This document shows, in pieces, positions 1 through 13,099 of a stretch of DNA of 64,000 nt. Below the pieces are notes generated by a model. That model saw nothing but the letters and a program-made list of their open reading frames with translations. It was not told the origin of the DNA and ran no database searches. The translations under genes were made by a program, and so were the position numbers. The DNA is taken from assembly GCA_964187785.1 (NCBI GenBank), contig OZ076409.1:18788001-18852000 (forward strand), read 5' to 3'. This stretch comes from Amphiscolops sp. MND2022. Lineage: Eukaryota. Position 1 is the first letter of the stretch, and each line of letters opens with the position of its first letter.

Positions 1-1452
1 AATTTCTAAAGTTTTACATGATGATACTAACAAAAAATGCTTGGCTCTAAACCTAATGCTACAGATAGTTGTACACACAAAACACAAAACATTGATCTCT
101 GTTTTTAAATCCTACATTTAGTCGAGGATTCCTGTAAAAATTAGTGACCATCACAGAACTTATCATGTCTTACGTGGCAAAATTATACCATGATCGGATG
201 AATAACGGAACTCATCGTAAATTGCATGCCGCAATTCGTACAAGGGAACACTTTGCTCATGAGAATACTGTATGGAAATATTTTCTGCATCGAAACTTTT
301 TCTGTTGTCAATGGAGCGGTAGGATAAGTGATAGATGAAGATTTTCTTGAAGAAAACGCGCATATGTCGGATAAACTAACTGTTACAAGAACCTACTTTT
401 TCATTAAAACGTCTCAAGAGAAATATTGCAGGAGTTTTGTAAGTTTCTGTTAGCCTTGCAAGAAACTGACATAAAACTTGCATGAATCCAGCAAAACTTC
501 CGGGAGGTCAAAGCTGTGGAGCTCAAAAGTTATATTTTGACATTTGAGACTCTCGGAGCGGTGTGACTTCCCTTGAATTCAGTCCACGCGACCAAATATA
601 CTGTCATTTTTGGAAACTTTATTATAAACTCATTGAATATCCGCCGGTCGATTGTTTTCCAAAAGCAAATGTTTTCGGTGGAGTTCTCGAAGAATTTCCT
701 TCGCTTTATTATTCTAATTTTAATTCGAAGCAATTGTAACGGCATCCTGTAATCAACGAAATTTTGACGCTTTTTGAAATATTCGTTCAGATCCGACGTG
801 GCACCCAAACATGACTTTGGTGAAGTACCTGTCAGCAGAAAGTATGGGAAGACGGTAAAAGAAGCCGCCCCGCGAAAGAGCGAAACGATCGCGAGTATTG
901 ACAGTGAAACAAACAAAAACAAGCCAAAACCACGGTGTTTGCCCGCAGAAATCATGGTTTTTGCAGTGCTGAACCCAGAAACATCATGACAGCCTGAGGA
1001 CTGTACCCGTGGACGGGGATTGTGCCCAGCTCGAGCGCTGGTCCGTGCCGCCCATTATCCACAGCTTTCGCCGAACTGGACTCTGTTATCGTAATTTGTG
1101 TGCTTTTTGTGTGTTTAGATCATAATATGCTCGAGGGCTTTTTCGTGTTCGTATTGCATTTACTCAGATTCCCACTGGAGAAACTCAGTTATTTACGACT
1201 TTGCCGTTTTTGCAAGCTATCTACACGGTGGTTTCAAATTTCAGAGCAATACCCGTGATTCCTAGCAATAACAGACTGGTATCAGGCCAGAGAGCGTTCT
1301 TGAAGACGGTTCGACCTCCGCAGGACCGGCTATCCTTAGGAGGACAATTCCATGCTACCAGTTTCTCCACTCTATTGTCACGTCACAAACGCTTAGCGCT
1401 TGTCGTTACAAAATATACGATTATGTTTCACTTCAATGGTTTGAGGATGCTT

Positions 1453-2199
1453 TGTAACGTCCGGCTAGCGGCGCACATCTAGGAAGAGGAACAATGCCTA
1501 GGGTGCTTAAACAGGAGACCGTCGTCTTACTACATCCCTAGGCACTAGTTTTTGTTCCCAAAATGGTCTCCTAGGGGGATTTTTCTTGCGTCTAAGGAGC
1601 CTCCTCTAGTTAGGGCTCCGAGGCGACGTGCCAGTACTCTCAAAGTCCGAACACGTCCCAGAAGCCTGTAAAAACGAATCTTAAGGTTTCTAACGTGTTC
1701 CCGCATCTCCTACATACTTCCGAGGCCAAAAACAGAGGTTTATGCAAATTGCATTTTATTAGGGGAATAAGTTCTAAAATACAGATCTAGTTGATCGAAC
1801 ACCACCAAATACCTGCAAAAAACACAAATACAGTACAACAGGCTAGGAAAACATCAAGCGTCAGTGTCAGCGCGTCTTGGGTTTGCGCGGTGGCACATGC
1901 AAACGTTGCAAACTTCTGAGTTTCTTCATCTTTTGGGCCATTCTTCGAGTTTCGCTGTTATCTGGGACGTCTTCCGGGGGTGATGGCACCGCACTGCGAT
2001 TTCAGGGATACTTTTATGGCGGGCTGTTCTCTCTCGAGCTGGGTCTGGCTCTGTTCTGCCTTGATTTTTGCTTCCTCTACTCTTTTCGCACCTGCCGGGT
2101 CGAAAACCCATCTTAAATGTGCTTGTTTGATAACGCACATTTCGAAATTTTGATCGAAATTTTCAAAAACTTCTGCAAAGTCCCTTGCCTGACGTTACA
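1453..2199. repeat. LTR-like direct repeat, copy 1
   Basis: TGTAACGTC...GACGTTACA, matches 5750-6492. Confidence 0.8.
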
Positions 2200-5100
2200 T
2201 CTTCAACGGTCTGTAGGTTGTCGTCCTCGACAAACGAGAGAGGACGTTCACATCTTGATTGCCACCATCCAGTGATCCAGTGATACCGTTGCAAAATGGT
2301 ACCTCAGGAGTCTAAATAGGAGTCGTTGCCCAAAAACATGTTACTGCCCAAAAACATTAGTCTTTGCCAGCCTAGCAGGCTTCCTTGGATTCCACACCCA
2401 CTGGGTCCTAGCACTGGAATACTATTAGCACCTTTAGCCACTTAGCATTGTATTCAAAACGTTTTCAAACATTTAATTTCGCTCCAAAATTACTAGCACT
2501 TTGTCTCACCGAATCTGTATAAATATAGAAAGCCCTCATCGCAACAAGTTTCTCATTGGCCGGGGGCCCACTTGATAGGTTAGGTTTTACAAAAAGCACG
2601 ATAGCTTTTGAAAAGCGAAAAATAAAAGTACCAGCTGTGGTCTTGCAAAAGTGTCGTACTTCGGGGCCAACGGAAACTGCACAATAAAAAGCACCAATGG
2701 GCAACAGAGATCGAATGTTCAAAATATCATCGAAAGTGAGGACCTATTCAGTCTATTGTGTGAGCAGTTTACGCTCAGATAAAGGTATTGTCTAAGTAGT
2801 ACAAGCACCAGTGAAAATGCAAGAGTTGGAAATAAACTGCTTCTCAAGAGGATGACAATGTCAATAGCGACGATAGAGCAGATCCAATAAAAGTCAAAAA
2901 TCAGGCATGATAGATCATGACATGAAAACAGTCTTTGGCAATAAAAACAAATTCCAGAGCAATCATTCGAGTTTTAAAAGCACGCCGCTGGCCAAGTAGT
3001 TCTCAGAGCTTCGAAGCTTTAGGTGTTTCATCATGCTTGGTGTCGATTTCTCTCGGGAGAGTCGGGCCAATCTCTTTTCCGGTGTTTTCACATCGACACG
3101 GTTCAGAGAACTGTGGTACCGAGAACCGAGGTACACCTCACGCACGAATCGAGCAACGAACACTGATTTTTTGAGTAGCCTGCTTGGCTACAAATGCTAG
3201 ATTGTCTGAAAAGTCCGTTTGTCACTCATGCTACCCTGTCTCTGCAGAGCACCAAGCACCAGTAAGGATGTGAAAGTGACCAACGACTAGGAATAGGCCT
3301 TGGGGTTAGTAGAAGGAAGGACACTGAGTGTCAAGTGATTTCTTGCATTACGATCTGTGTGCGATCAGAAAAAGCGTTATTTTTCAACTATGGTGATCAC
3401 TACTGTACTTGATGTTCTGTTTTGAGACGCACTGCGTTCAAAGTCTGAACCTCTAAAAGTGCCTAAAACGAGCTCAAGCACCCAGTAGGTACACAAGGCA
3501 CCACGCATGCGTGTTCACAACGAAAAACTTGCACTTAGGTGACTTTGATAGCAGTCACGAGGCGAATTTCGTTTTCTAGTTTTCCACCTCTATGTCTCGT
3601 AGAACGTTTTCCCGAAGACCCGAGATCTTAGCGTCGGTTTAGCACTAATCAATGTGAATCAGCAAGACGTGCTGAGCGTGCCTGGTATGTTAGTGAAGTC
3701 GTTTGGGCCCTCACTGGCACGTACACTGACAAAAAGAAAGCAATTTGTCTCGCAAAACTGCAAATACAACAATTTTTGTCAACAGGCACATCGAGGGAAT
3801 GTAAAATTCAGTTTAAGCGCTGCTAGCGACCTGGAAGTTTCACACCGTTCACTACAATAGCTGAATCGTGGGGAATTAACCTCCGACTGCTCCGAAAGTG
3901 ACGCTGTGTGTGTAACGGTCACTTTACATTGTTCATGTCGTGAAATTCACAAAAGTTAGTCAAACTCACCTTCTAGGCGTCCTGGCTACCTGAACTTTTG
4001 TTTGAGAGCTGCCTAGATCAATACCTGACGAATCAATGTGACAAAACTCTGATGTACCTGAGGTACCACTTTTTCAGGTCAAACTTCACAAAAATTTCAA
4101 TTTCTCAGCTTCGGCTAGCCACTGGTTGCTCAAATTGTACAAATCGTTGTGTTTTGGTACGACGTGCTCAAAAATACGCGAAATTAGGTGCTGGGATACC
4201 TAGGGGATATCGCACTGGGCTCAACTAAACTTCCGTTTTTTGGCAATTTTATGCACTTTCCGAGCAAAACAGCAGCTAAGATTTTTCTACGAGTATTGAC
4301 AGTAGCGCCACCAACATTATGCAACCAGCGTAACGTTTTGCGCGCTACACAGTGGTGCAATCTGCTTTTAGCTCTTCCTGCTAGGAGAAATTTCGACTTG
4401 TCGAAAAAAACGTGATTGCCGAATTCCCAAAATGTCGAAAAAATAGTACGTTTTCGACTATTTCTCAGCAACCACTGCTCGGAATCACTCGCGGTTTTCT
4501 GCGTTAGCAACGGTAAACTCTATATTAACAGAAAATAGGCGAGCGAAACCTGGTAGAATCCAAACAAGGTCCCTCAAAAAATTTTCAGATTGCACTTTTT
4601 ACACTATCGGAACAGTACTGAAAATGCGTATTTTCGCCAAGAACTTGCTGTTCCCTTGTTCTCAGGCGTTCCGAATGATTCTATCAGTAGTAGAGGGCTG
4701 TGTAACAACTTTATTCAGGGGACTGGGGTGATTTCAATATTTAGTTTAGTATCAATAACACTCAGGTCTATGGGGGTCCTCCACTCAGGTCTATTTGTAA
4801 CAAAAGGAAAGCACCGATAAAGTCTCAATTTATATGGGGGATCACTAAACACCGTCTTGGTAGTACTGTTTCGTACTACCAAGCTCAACAATAAAACTTT
4901 TGGGCTGTCCGAAAAGCTTGGGGACTAATGCCCAAGGCTTCGCCCTTGCCAAATTTGGTGAAAAAAGCCAAATTTGACAATTTTTTAACAAAAATTTCTG
5001 ATTTTTTCGCATTTTTCCAAATTTAGCCCAACAAAAGCTTTTGTTCCTGACCTAGTAGGTCTGTTGGAACGTTTTTCTAGTATTCCCACAGGCCGTATTC

Positions 5101-5749
5101 ATTTCTACAAAATTTTGACTGTCAAAACCCAAAAAATCGGAATTTGAGTTATAAATAGTGTTTTTTTCAGGTTTTCGCGCTCAAATTTTTTAACAACCTG
5201 TCCGAACACCCGCTGGGTATTTTTTGCAGTTAGTTTACATGGGAATAGGCCTGGGAAAACTCTTTTTGGGCTATTAATTACAAGGGGAACGAAATAACCC
5301 AGCTGGCGTCGTAGATTCGGCAGTTGAAGGGGAAGTGGAGGCTGCGACGTGAAGGACCTGACGTCTTGCACTCAGCTAGTTGGGGCCTCTACGGGTTGTC
5401 CTCTCGGTCCTGTGCATTGCCAATTAGCTGAAAAGGAGCTGAAAAACCCGTTAAAACACGTTCCGGATTCGCCGGATTAGCTCTTTCAGCAAGTACAGTT
5501 AAGGCAAAAGGGGGTACACCGTCTGAAACTATCTATTTCTGGCTCTACACCTCGGAAACATGCAGGAAACGCAGGAAACGCACTATTACAAGGCCCAAGG
5601 GGCCAGAAAAAGTAATAAAAACAATGTAGGGACCTCCGAAAAGCTTCTTTAAGATCCGGAACTAACAGGGCCGGAAAGCAGGAGTTGCTCCTAGTTGCAC
5701 GTAAAAATGAAAAACATCCCTCTTTGGTCGCCATAAAAACTTTTCCAGA

Positions 5750-6492
5750 TGTAACGTGCGGCTAGCAGCGCACATCTAGGAAGAGGGACAATGCCTAAGG
5801 TTATTAAACAGGCGACCGTTGTCTTACTTCATCCATAGGCACTAGTTTTTGTTCCAAAAATGGTCTCCTAGGGGGACTTTTCTTGCGTCTAAGGAGGCTC
5901 CTATAGTTAGAGCTCCGAGGCGACGTTCCAGCACTCTCAAAGTCCGAAGACGCCCCAGAAGCCTGTAAAAACAAATCCTAAGGTTTCTAACGTGTTCCCG
6001 CAACTTCTACATACTTCCGAGGTCAAAAACGGAGGTTTATGCAAATTGCATTTTATTAGGGGAATAAGTTCTAAAATACAGATCTAGTAGATCGAACACC
6101 ACCAAATACCTGCAAAAACCACAAATACAGTACAACAGACTAGGAAAACATCAAGCGTCAGTGTCAGCGCGTCTTGGGCTTGCGCGGTGGCACATGCAAA
6201 CGATGCAATCTTCTGAGTTTCTCCATCCTTTGGGCCATTCTTCGGGTTTCGCTGTTATCTGGGACGTCTTCCGAGGGTGATGGCACCGCACTGCGATTTC
6301 GGGGATACTTTTATGGCGGGCTGTTCTCTCTCGGGCTGGGTCTGGCTCTGTTCTGCCTTTATTTTTGCTTCCTCTACGGTTTTCGTACCTGCCGGGTCGG
6401 CCATCTTGAATGTGCTTGTTTGATATCGCACATTTCGAATTTTTGATCGAAATTTTCAAAAACTTCTGCAATGTCCCTTGCCTGACGTTACT
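5750..6492. repeat. LTR-like direct repeat, copy 2
   Basis: TGTAACGTG...GACGTTACT, matches 1453-2199. Confidence 0.8.
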
Positions 6493-7972
6493 CTTTTGTG
6501 ATCGCTGCTTCAAACTTTTCAAACTTGAACTCTTTTTAAAATTTGTAGGAGCCATTTTCCTCACTGTATCAAGCATTTATTCATCAAACCTAGAGAGAAA
6601 TGATTTTTTTTTCAAATCGAGAAAGTGACTTAATTGAAATGAGCAAAACATGAACTTGACTTTCTCCTCAAACTTGTCACGCTCCGATGACATCATTATT
6701 ACATCATAGAAACTCTTCTGAATCTTTTTACCTACAACACATTCGTGAAAAAATTGTTTATTCGCATTAATGAAATAATGAATTAAATATTTCATTCACA
6801 ACTAAAACTCATCAACTTAGTTTGGATTTTCCAGACATCTTCATAGCTATCTTTCAAAATTTTGCATTCACGATGCCTGAAACTCACCATTTTTGCCCTG
6901 TTACCAGGATAGAAATGACTCACAAGGACGCCGAAAGACGATTTACAAGAGACGAGCCCAAAGAATTATCACTTTCGCATCGGGACAAACGTTATAGAGC
7001 TCTTGGGTGCGTGTGTATTGTAATTGTCCTTTACTTACTTTCCATTATCACCATCTTATCGGTGCTAGAAAAGACGTACGGTATTGTAACTACAGTTGTG
7101 AACAGATTTCAACTATTTTTCCAACTGGCCAATTAAATTCAATCAGCATGAGTGACGTCAGTTTCTGTACAAACATGCATACCATAAAAAATGCGATTGT
7201 GGATACTGCATTAGCTGATTTTAAATGTAAAGTTGATTCAAAGTGAATTTTTTCCACGGCAATGTTATTCCATTCCTTATGATTTTTGATGTATGATTTT
7301 ACATATTCGAATTTGGATCTCAACTTGCTTCGCACTGTTGGAAATTATTGCCAATTATTGGATTTTTGAATTTATTCTTCTTCTGGCACTGTTTTTCTCC
7401 AGGAAAATAAAACAGAGGCTCTGTTCCTCGATACCCTAACCCCCCAAGAGAGCACATTAAAAACTATTTTTAACCCAATGACATCTACTAGAATGAATTT
7501 TAAGCAAGTACTGAAACACTCAATTTCATTCAATTTTGAATGAATGTTTTGAAAGCGTTTAATTTTTTTCGTAGTTTCGTCGGAAACTTCATTGGTGAAT
7601 TTTATTGAAGATTTTGCCATCCCATTTTAGCACAAATCATCAAATACTCATATACTTGCTTGAAAAAAACATTTACAAAGGAGGTTCTTAGACTCCTGTT
7701 GGTTGAAATGCGTTTTCGGGTGATTGGGGTTGAATCTGGAAAACTGCGGGCACTTGCGGGTAGTTTTAAGACAGTTTGAAGTTGTCGAGGAGCACGTTCG
7801 GGTAGTTTTCAGGCATATTTGTACCCCTTGGATACTTTCGGGGCACTTATGGGATCGATCAGCGGTTTCGGGGCACAGTTGGGAACTTTTGGGGTATGCC
7901 GAACACGTCAATGCAATTTTTTGCTGACAATTTTGTAGGTCTGAGACAGTTTTATAGATGATCGGTTTTGCG

Positions 7973-8460
7973 TTTTTAGTCGGCGCTTTTCTTAGGAAAA
8001 GAGCCCGACTATTACAGTCACTCCTTTTTTTTCTTTTTTTTTATTTGAGACAGACTCGAAGCGACGAACGTTAAAATTAACGTTCAACTACTAAATACAG
8101 TCCTAAACTACTGGACCGGTAAAGGCAAACAGGGACCGCATTCATTTACTTTTAAACGTTACCTACAAGCCCGGACGGGACTAAAGGGTCCCCCCTTTCG
8201 ATTTTTTTCGGCACTGTGAGACTTTTTTTTCGAAATTTTTTAAATGTCCCTAAAGGGTCCCCCTTTGAGTTTTTTGTTATTTTGCTACAGAATGCATGTT
8301 TATAAATCAAAAAGGGTCCCTTCTTTTACATTTTTCGGCACTGTGCGACATTTTCCGAAAGAAATTTTTTTTTCGAAAATTTAAGTTTTTTTCCAAAAAA
8401 AATGTTTTGCGCTTTTTGAGCCTTAGATATAGCGCCGACTTGAGACGTTCCCGTCTTTTT
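7973..8460 (+). mobile_element. Helentron/HINE-like short interspersed element, family A
   Basis: 5' TTTTTAGTCGGCGC, 3' GCGCCGACT subterminal inverted repeat plus AGACG-TTCC-CGTCT hairpin; copies at 52524 and 57381. Confidence 0.7.
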
Positions 8461-11400
8461 TATTTTAAGCAAGTAAAATATTTTGAAAGGCTCCTGTACT
8501 CAAATTAGACAAAATTTTTGCTATTTATTAGGTCAGTGATGTTGCCTTTATTTTTTCGGCACCAAACAGTTTTTTCTTGAATTTTTTTTCCAAAAAGTCG
8601 CCGTCCACTTTTAGCAAAGAATTAGAATTTCCGAGCATTAGCACTCAAGAGTTTGGGCACTGTGTGACCAACCTAAGAATATATTTCAGTATTTGATGTC
8701 GTGGGTTTTCGAGCCTTAAGGGTGTTCCAGTGCTCTTTTGGAGCCAGTTTAGCCATTGGCCTTTACTGAGGTTTCATTCCCGAGGACGTATGTTGGGTCA
8801 AACCCAATAATCATTGACCATTATCTAGCTGTTACCAGTGACTTCATTCTGGTAAGGATAGGTATTTGCATCCTCGAATCAAGAGCTAGAGTGCATGCTG
8901 AAAATGTTCAGCATACACTGGAGCCCCCCTGCACATCAAGCTAAATATCGTGACAATATTAGTAGCGCACACTCGCTATCCCCAATGACAGCAACCAAAC
9001 AACTTGTCCGCTTTTTTTAAACTCAGTTCCAGAAAGTTGGAATATCTACTCGGCCCCCTTATTGTTTCAATGAGGTTTGTGCGTTTCAATAATTACAACT
9101 GACCTTCCCTGAGAATATTATTCTGTTGGGAAAGGTGCAAGGCGGATCTTTCCGCTTCGTTAAGAAGGTTCCCACGGCTGTCCTATTTATACCTCAGATT
9201 CTCCCTGTTCAGTTGTTTTCCTACGTCAATGAGATTCTGCATTGGGTTCAGGAGAAGTTGAAGCTGAGCCTTAGTGACCGAGGTCACCTTGAGACTCCTG
9301 CAAGCGGATCCCTTATACTTCGGTGCAGGAGAAAACGGCGAAGATTGTCATTTTCAACAAGTAGTAAACATCACTAGATCGTGAGCGCTTGATACGCATG
9401 TCCAGGACCATCGATTTAAGAATGACGTTTACTCCGAACGAGCACTACATGAAGTAGATCCGAAATGCAGCATGCGATTACAGCGTTTGTCACCAAAATT
9501 AGCGCAGAGGTTAATTTCGCGAGACCCAACCGGGTTTGGGAGTGCAATAAACACGCCCGAGTGTGAGTTACCATCAGTTTGCCTCTCCCAGAGAAGCTGA
9601 GATGGGAGCATACCCCGATTCTCATTTGAAGACTTTGAGTAGCCAGATGATTAGTGAGTCCTTACTAGTTACTAGGACCGGGGAGATTTGGTTGTGGGTG
9701 TCACCCACTGAGCAATCTAGGTTGACACTCAAGAGTGGATCTCAAACGTCACTAGAGGCTCTGTCGGGAATTCAAGGTTTAAGCAAATAATTTGCTGCTT
9801 GAGGGCGAAAACAGGAAAAGCATCTATACCAGGATCGTGGTGGGACCCAAATGTCACAGCTCTTTTGAACTACAATCAGACACTTACATATTAACGACCG
9901 ACTAAGGTTGACCTGTTAGTGAAAAGGGTTCCGTTAAAAGGCCTCCCCCTTCCAGATCTTCCTGTCCAATGGAAAACTTCTCTACCAGTTGAGTACTCAT
10001 CACCAAAAGTTTGCTGACTTCACAAAAATGATACTTATTGGTAGTTGTTAAGTCCGCCCTGTTGTAAGGACTCTTGAGGATTTAGTTCCAGGCATCTTCT
10101 ACTAAGAAACCGTCTTTGCCACCTAACAGTAGCTCTCATACTCTAGTGATTGCTCTGCCAAAGATGTGAGCTTTACCTAACCAAGGGCAGAACTTCCATT
10201 TCACATAACTTAGTGTTTTGAGAATTTGTGGTAAACAAACTGTTTTTCAAGTCCTAGGGGTAACTTTTTTGGCACTATGAGAATAACCGAAGAATGTTTT
10301 TGCGGATTATTAGGTGTTGTGTTTCCTGTAGAAGAAACTCTCTTACGAAACCTAAGGGTAATTTTTTTGGTTTTGTGGGACTTACGAGAGTTTTTTGAAA
10401 AACTTTCGTAGGCAGAAGGTAACCAATTACGCTATTTTTGGCCCTGTATGACCTACCAAAAAGCTCGAGCTTTGCGAGGTGACCATATGGTGACGTTTTT
10501 TTCGCAAATTTCGTGACATATGCCAACTGTTCAAACTTGTGAAGCAAATTTCTCGAAACCCAGAACAGAGATGGACACCATGTTTCCGCCTAAAGATGCG
10601 CAGTATCCTCGTCTATTGTTTCGTTGAATAAAAAATTAAAATTTGGCTTCATGGGTTTTTTTGAAAAGAATTTTTGAAAAAACGGTATTTTTGACTGTTT
10701 TTCAATTCGATCCCCTCTATCTCAGAACTGAGACTAAATACAGGATCCGTAAATTGTACAAGCGTTTCATAGGCTACGTTTTAACCTAAAAACTGACATC
10801 ACACAATTTTTTTTCATATTGGGTTTTTTCGGGAAAAAAATGAAAAAATGTCGAAATATTTTTTCTCATTCCTAGTTCATACTTCTCAAAACTGATAAAA
10901 AATACAGATACCATTATCTTTCGAGAAAAACACCAACTAGGCTATTTTTTGGACCAACAAAGTTTCCTTCATCAGGTATGAGGCACAGGTATTCTGCCAA
11001 AAATTCTTTCGAAAAACTTTCTTGGGTTTTTTTTACTTGAGCTCCTATATCATGACTGAGACCAAATATGGGGTTCATGGTTTCCTTAATTTTACGAGGT
11101 TTATGTAGACTAAAAGTTACGTCGAGATTTTGTCACTCTGAGTTCGTTTGAGCGAATAACGTAATGAAAAAATTTTTCAGATTTTCTTTCATTTTTTTCA
11201 AATTTTTCTCAGATCTGAAATTAGAGACGGAAACCATTCTCCCTCACAAAGTGAGGCAAGTATGTAGGCTACTTTTTGTACCAGCAAAGTTTCCGTCATG
11301 AAAAATGACACCTTCGGGTTTCTGCCAGAAATACAGTTTCTGATTTTTCTCAAAAAACATTTTCGTTCATCTTTTTAGCGCTTTCATCAAAATCCTGATC

Positions 11401-12836
11401 TGAAACTAGGTATGTTCACTAGGTTTTGGGCCCTCGGCGATACTCATTTTGTAGCACCTTCTTCAGACCATTGAACGTTTCTGCTCGAGGCCAAGCGCGA
11501 CATGCCGTCGCGTCTATGTTTTTCAAAATGATTTTAATTGCTTCATTCTGACGCCCAAAAGGTCACATCTGTGGGTAATTTTAGCTATTTGCTTTTTTTG
11601 TAAGAAAAAGTTTTGTTCATTTTTTCCTTGTAAGGGTAACCCTTGTAACTTTTTCATTATTTTTCAAACGCTTGAGGATTCTTGACATTGTGACTTTTTT
11701 GGCGAAAAAGTTGAAAAACGCAAATGCGGGTCTTTTTGATATCTCAACACAGGTATGTTGAGGAAAGTCTTCTTTACTCTGAAATGTTTACCCTAAGCCC
11801 TTTCTGTTTAATGCATTGCTTTTTCCTCAATGCGTAGTTCTTCAGCGTGAGAGTTCACAATAAACCCTCGTGGAGCTTCTTTATTTTTCAAATTTGAACA
11901 ATGATGATACCAATTGAGAATATTTATATCGATTAAAAAAGCGGTATATTGAATTTCAAGACCTTCTTCACGATTTATTCTGTTTTGACAAGGATAAATT
12001 GGTGTTTACGTTTATTAGTTTTCAAACTTTTGTTTGTTGTTTATACTTTAACATTTCAAATTTTTCGAAGATATTTCGACCATTCTTCTTTGTCAAATAA
12101 GCAGGAAGGTGTCTGGTTTTTCCCGAAAGCGTATTATCAGAATGTGCGGTGCTATTGCGCTTCTTGTTGACTTTTGGATTGTAATTCTGTACGAACTTTA
12201 AAAATTATTCCAATATAGTTTCATTCTGTTTTCAATCCCAAAGAATTTTTTTGGCTGTTTCACATCATAACTTGTTTACAACACAACATAAAATCCAAAA
12301 AATATTAACGTATTCGGCAAAGAAAAGCAAACAAAAAGCAAACAAAAAGCAACAGTGAGCACATAGACCTTTGTGACTTTGAGCAAGTCAATTTGAAATC
12401 ACAACTTCAAGCCAACCATTGCTTGACCATTTCGCTGTAAAAATGGCACCATAGCTTGCTATGCGGAGATGATGTCCGAAGCTGGCACTGACTTAAAAAA
12501 GTAGAACTGCTTATTCGGCGTCCACCCCGCGGTGATGGGGAAATTAGCTTTTTTCTTCTCCTTCCTTGGGTTTCAAGTGGTTTCGATAAAAAAAATCACT
12601 TGGTCAAATTGAATTAATTTGCTGGGCGAAATAGGCATCCGAAATTTTGTCTCGGAAAAATATTAACTATCCAAATATATTATTTCACATTCCTCTAATT
12701 TCGAATTAGCACAGATATTTATATTTTTGACAAAAGTTGTCAGGATAAAGTAGCAAAAAGAGGAAGAGGTTTTTTGCCAAGGTTGAAAAATAATTCAAAC
12801 AGGGTAAAATAATTATATATCCATATATTAACATCT

Positions 12837-12842
12837 TTTATT
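12837..12842 (-). terminator. Candidate polyadenylation signal of ABCA
   Basis: AATAAA on the minus strand about 45 nt after the stop. Confidence 0.5.
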
Positions 12843-12887
12843 CAAAACTATTTTTAAAAATTCCTTTGATGTCCTGTCTTTTCCAAT

Positions 12888-13099
12888 TCAAGATTTCTTG
12901 AACTCGTCTCTTTGTTGGCGGGCGAAGTTGAGAAATATTTGCTCGAGGGTGGTTTGAGAGATTATGTAATCGGTGACGTTGAATTTGGGCTTTGCTTCTT
13001 CAACAGCCGAGAAGAGAGTGGACCAGGAATGACTAGCGTCCAGCTCGTAATGCAGATACCCGATAGTAGCTGTGATATGCGCGTCTTTGAGAATGCATC
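12888..13099 (-). CDS. ABCA: ABCA terminal exon ([13 protein letters not shown], stop)
   Basis: ttacag acceptor, TGA at 12890-12888. Confidence 0.93.

Larger units (their letters stand above)
1453..6492. mobile_element. Non-autonomous or decayed LTR element (about 745-bp LTRs, 3.55-kb interior without long ORFs)
   Basis: Direct repeats 1453-2199 and 5750-6492, diverged by scattered substitutions, with TGTAACGT...ACGTTACA termini; PBS-like TGGCGACCA on the minus strand at 5725-5733; no clean TSD. Confidence 0.7.

Noticed and set aside
950..1090. GC-rich exon-like stretch (LWIMGG, kelch-like) on the minus strand
   Set aside because: Single short motif, no supporting neighbouring exons.
6500..7650. 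Cluster of short ORFs, one with a TM-like stretch
   Set aside because: No recognisable motif or splice chain; cannot be assigned without a search.
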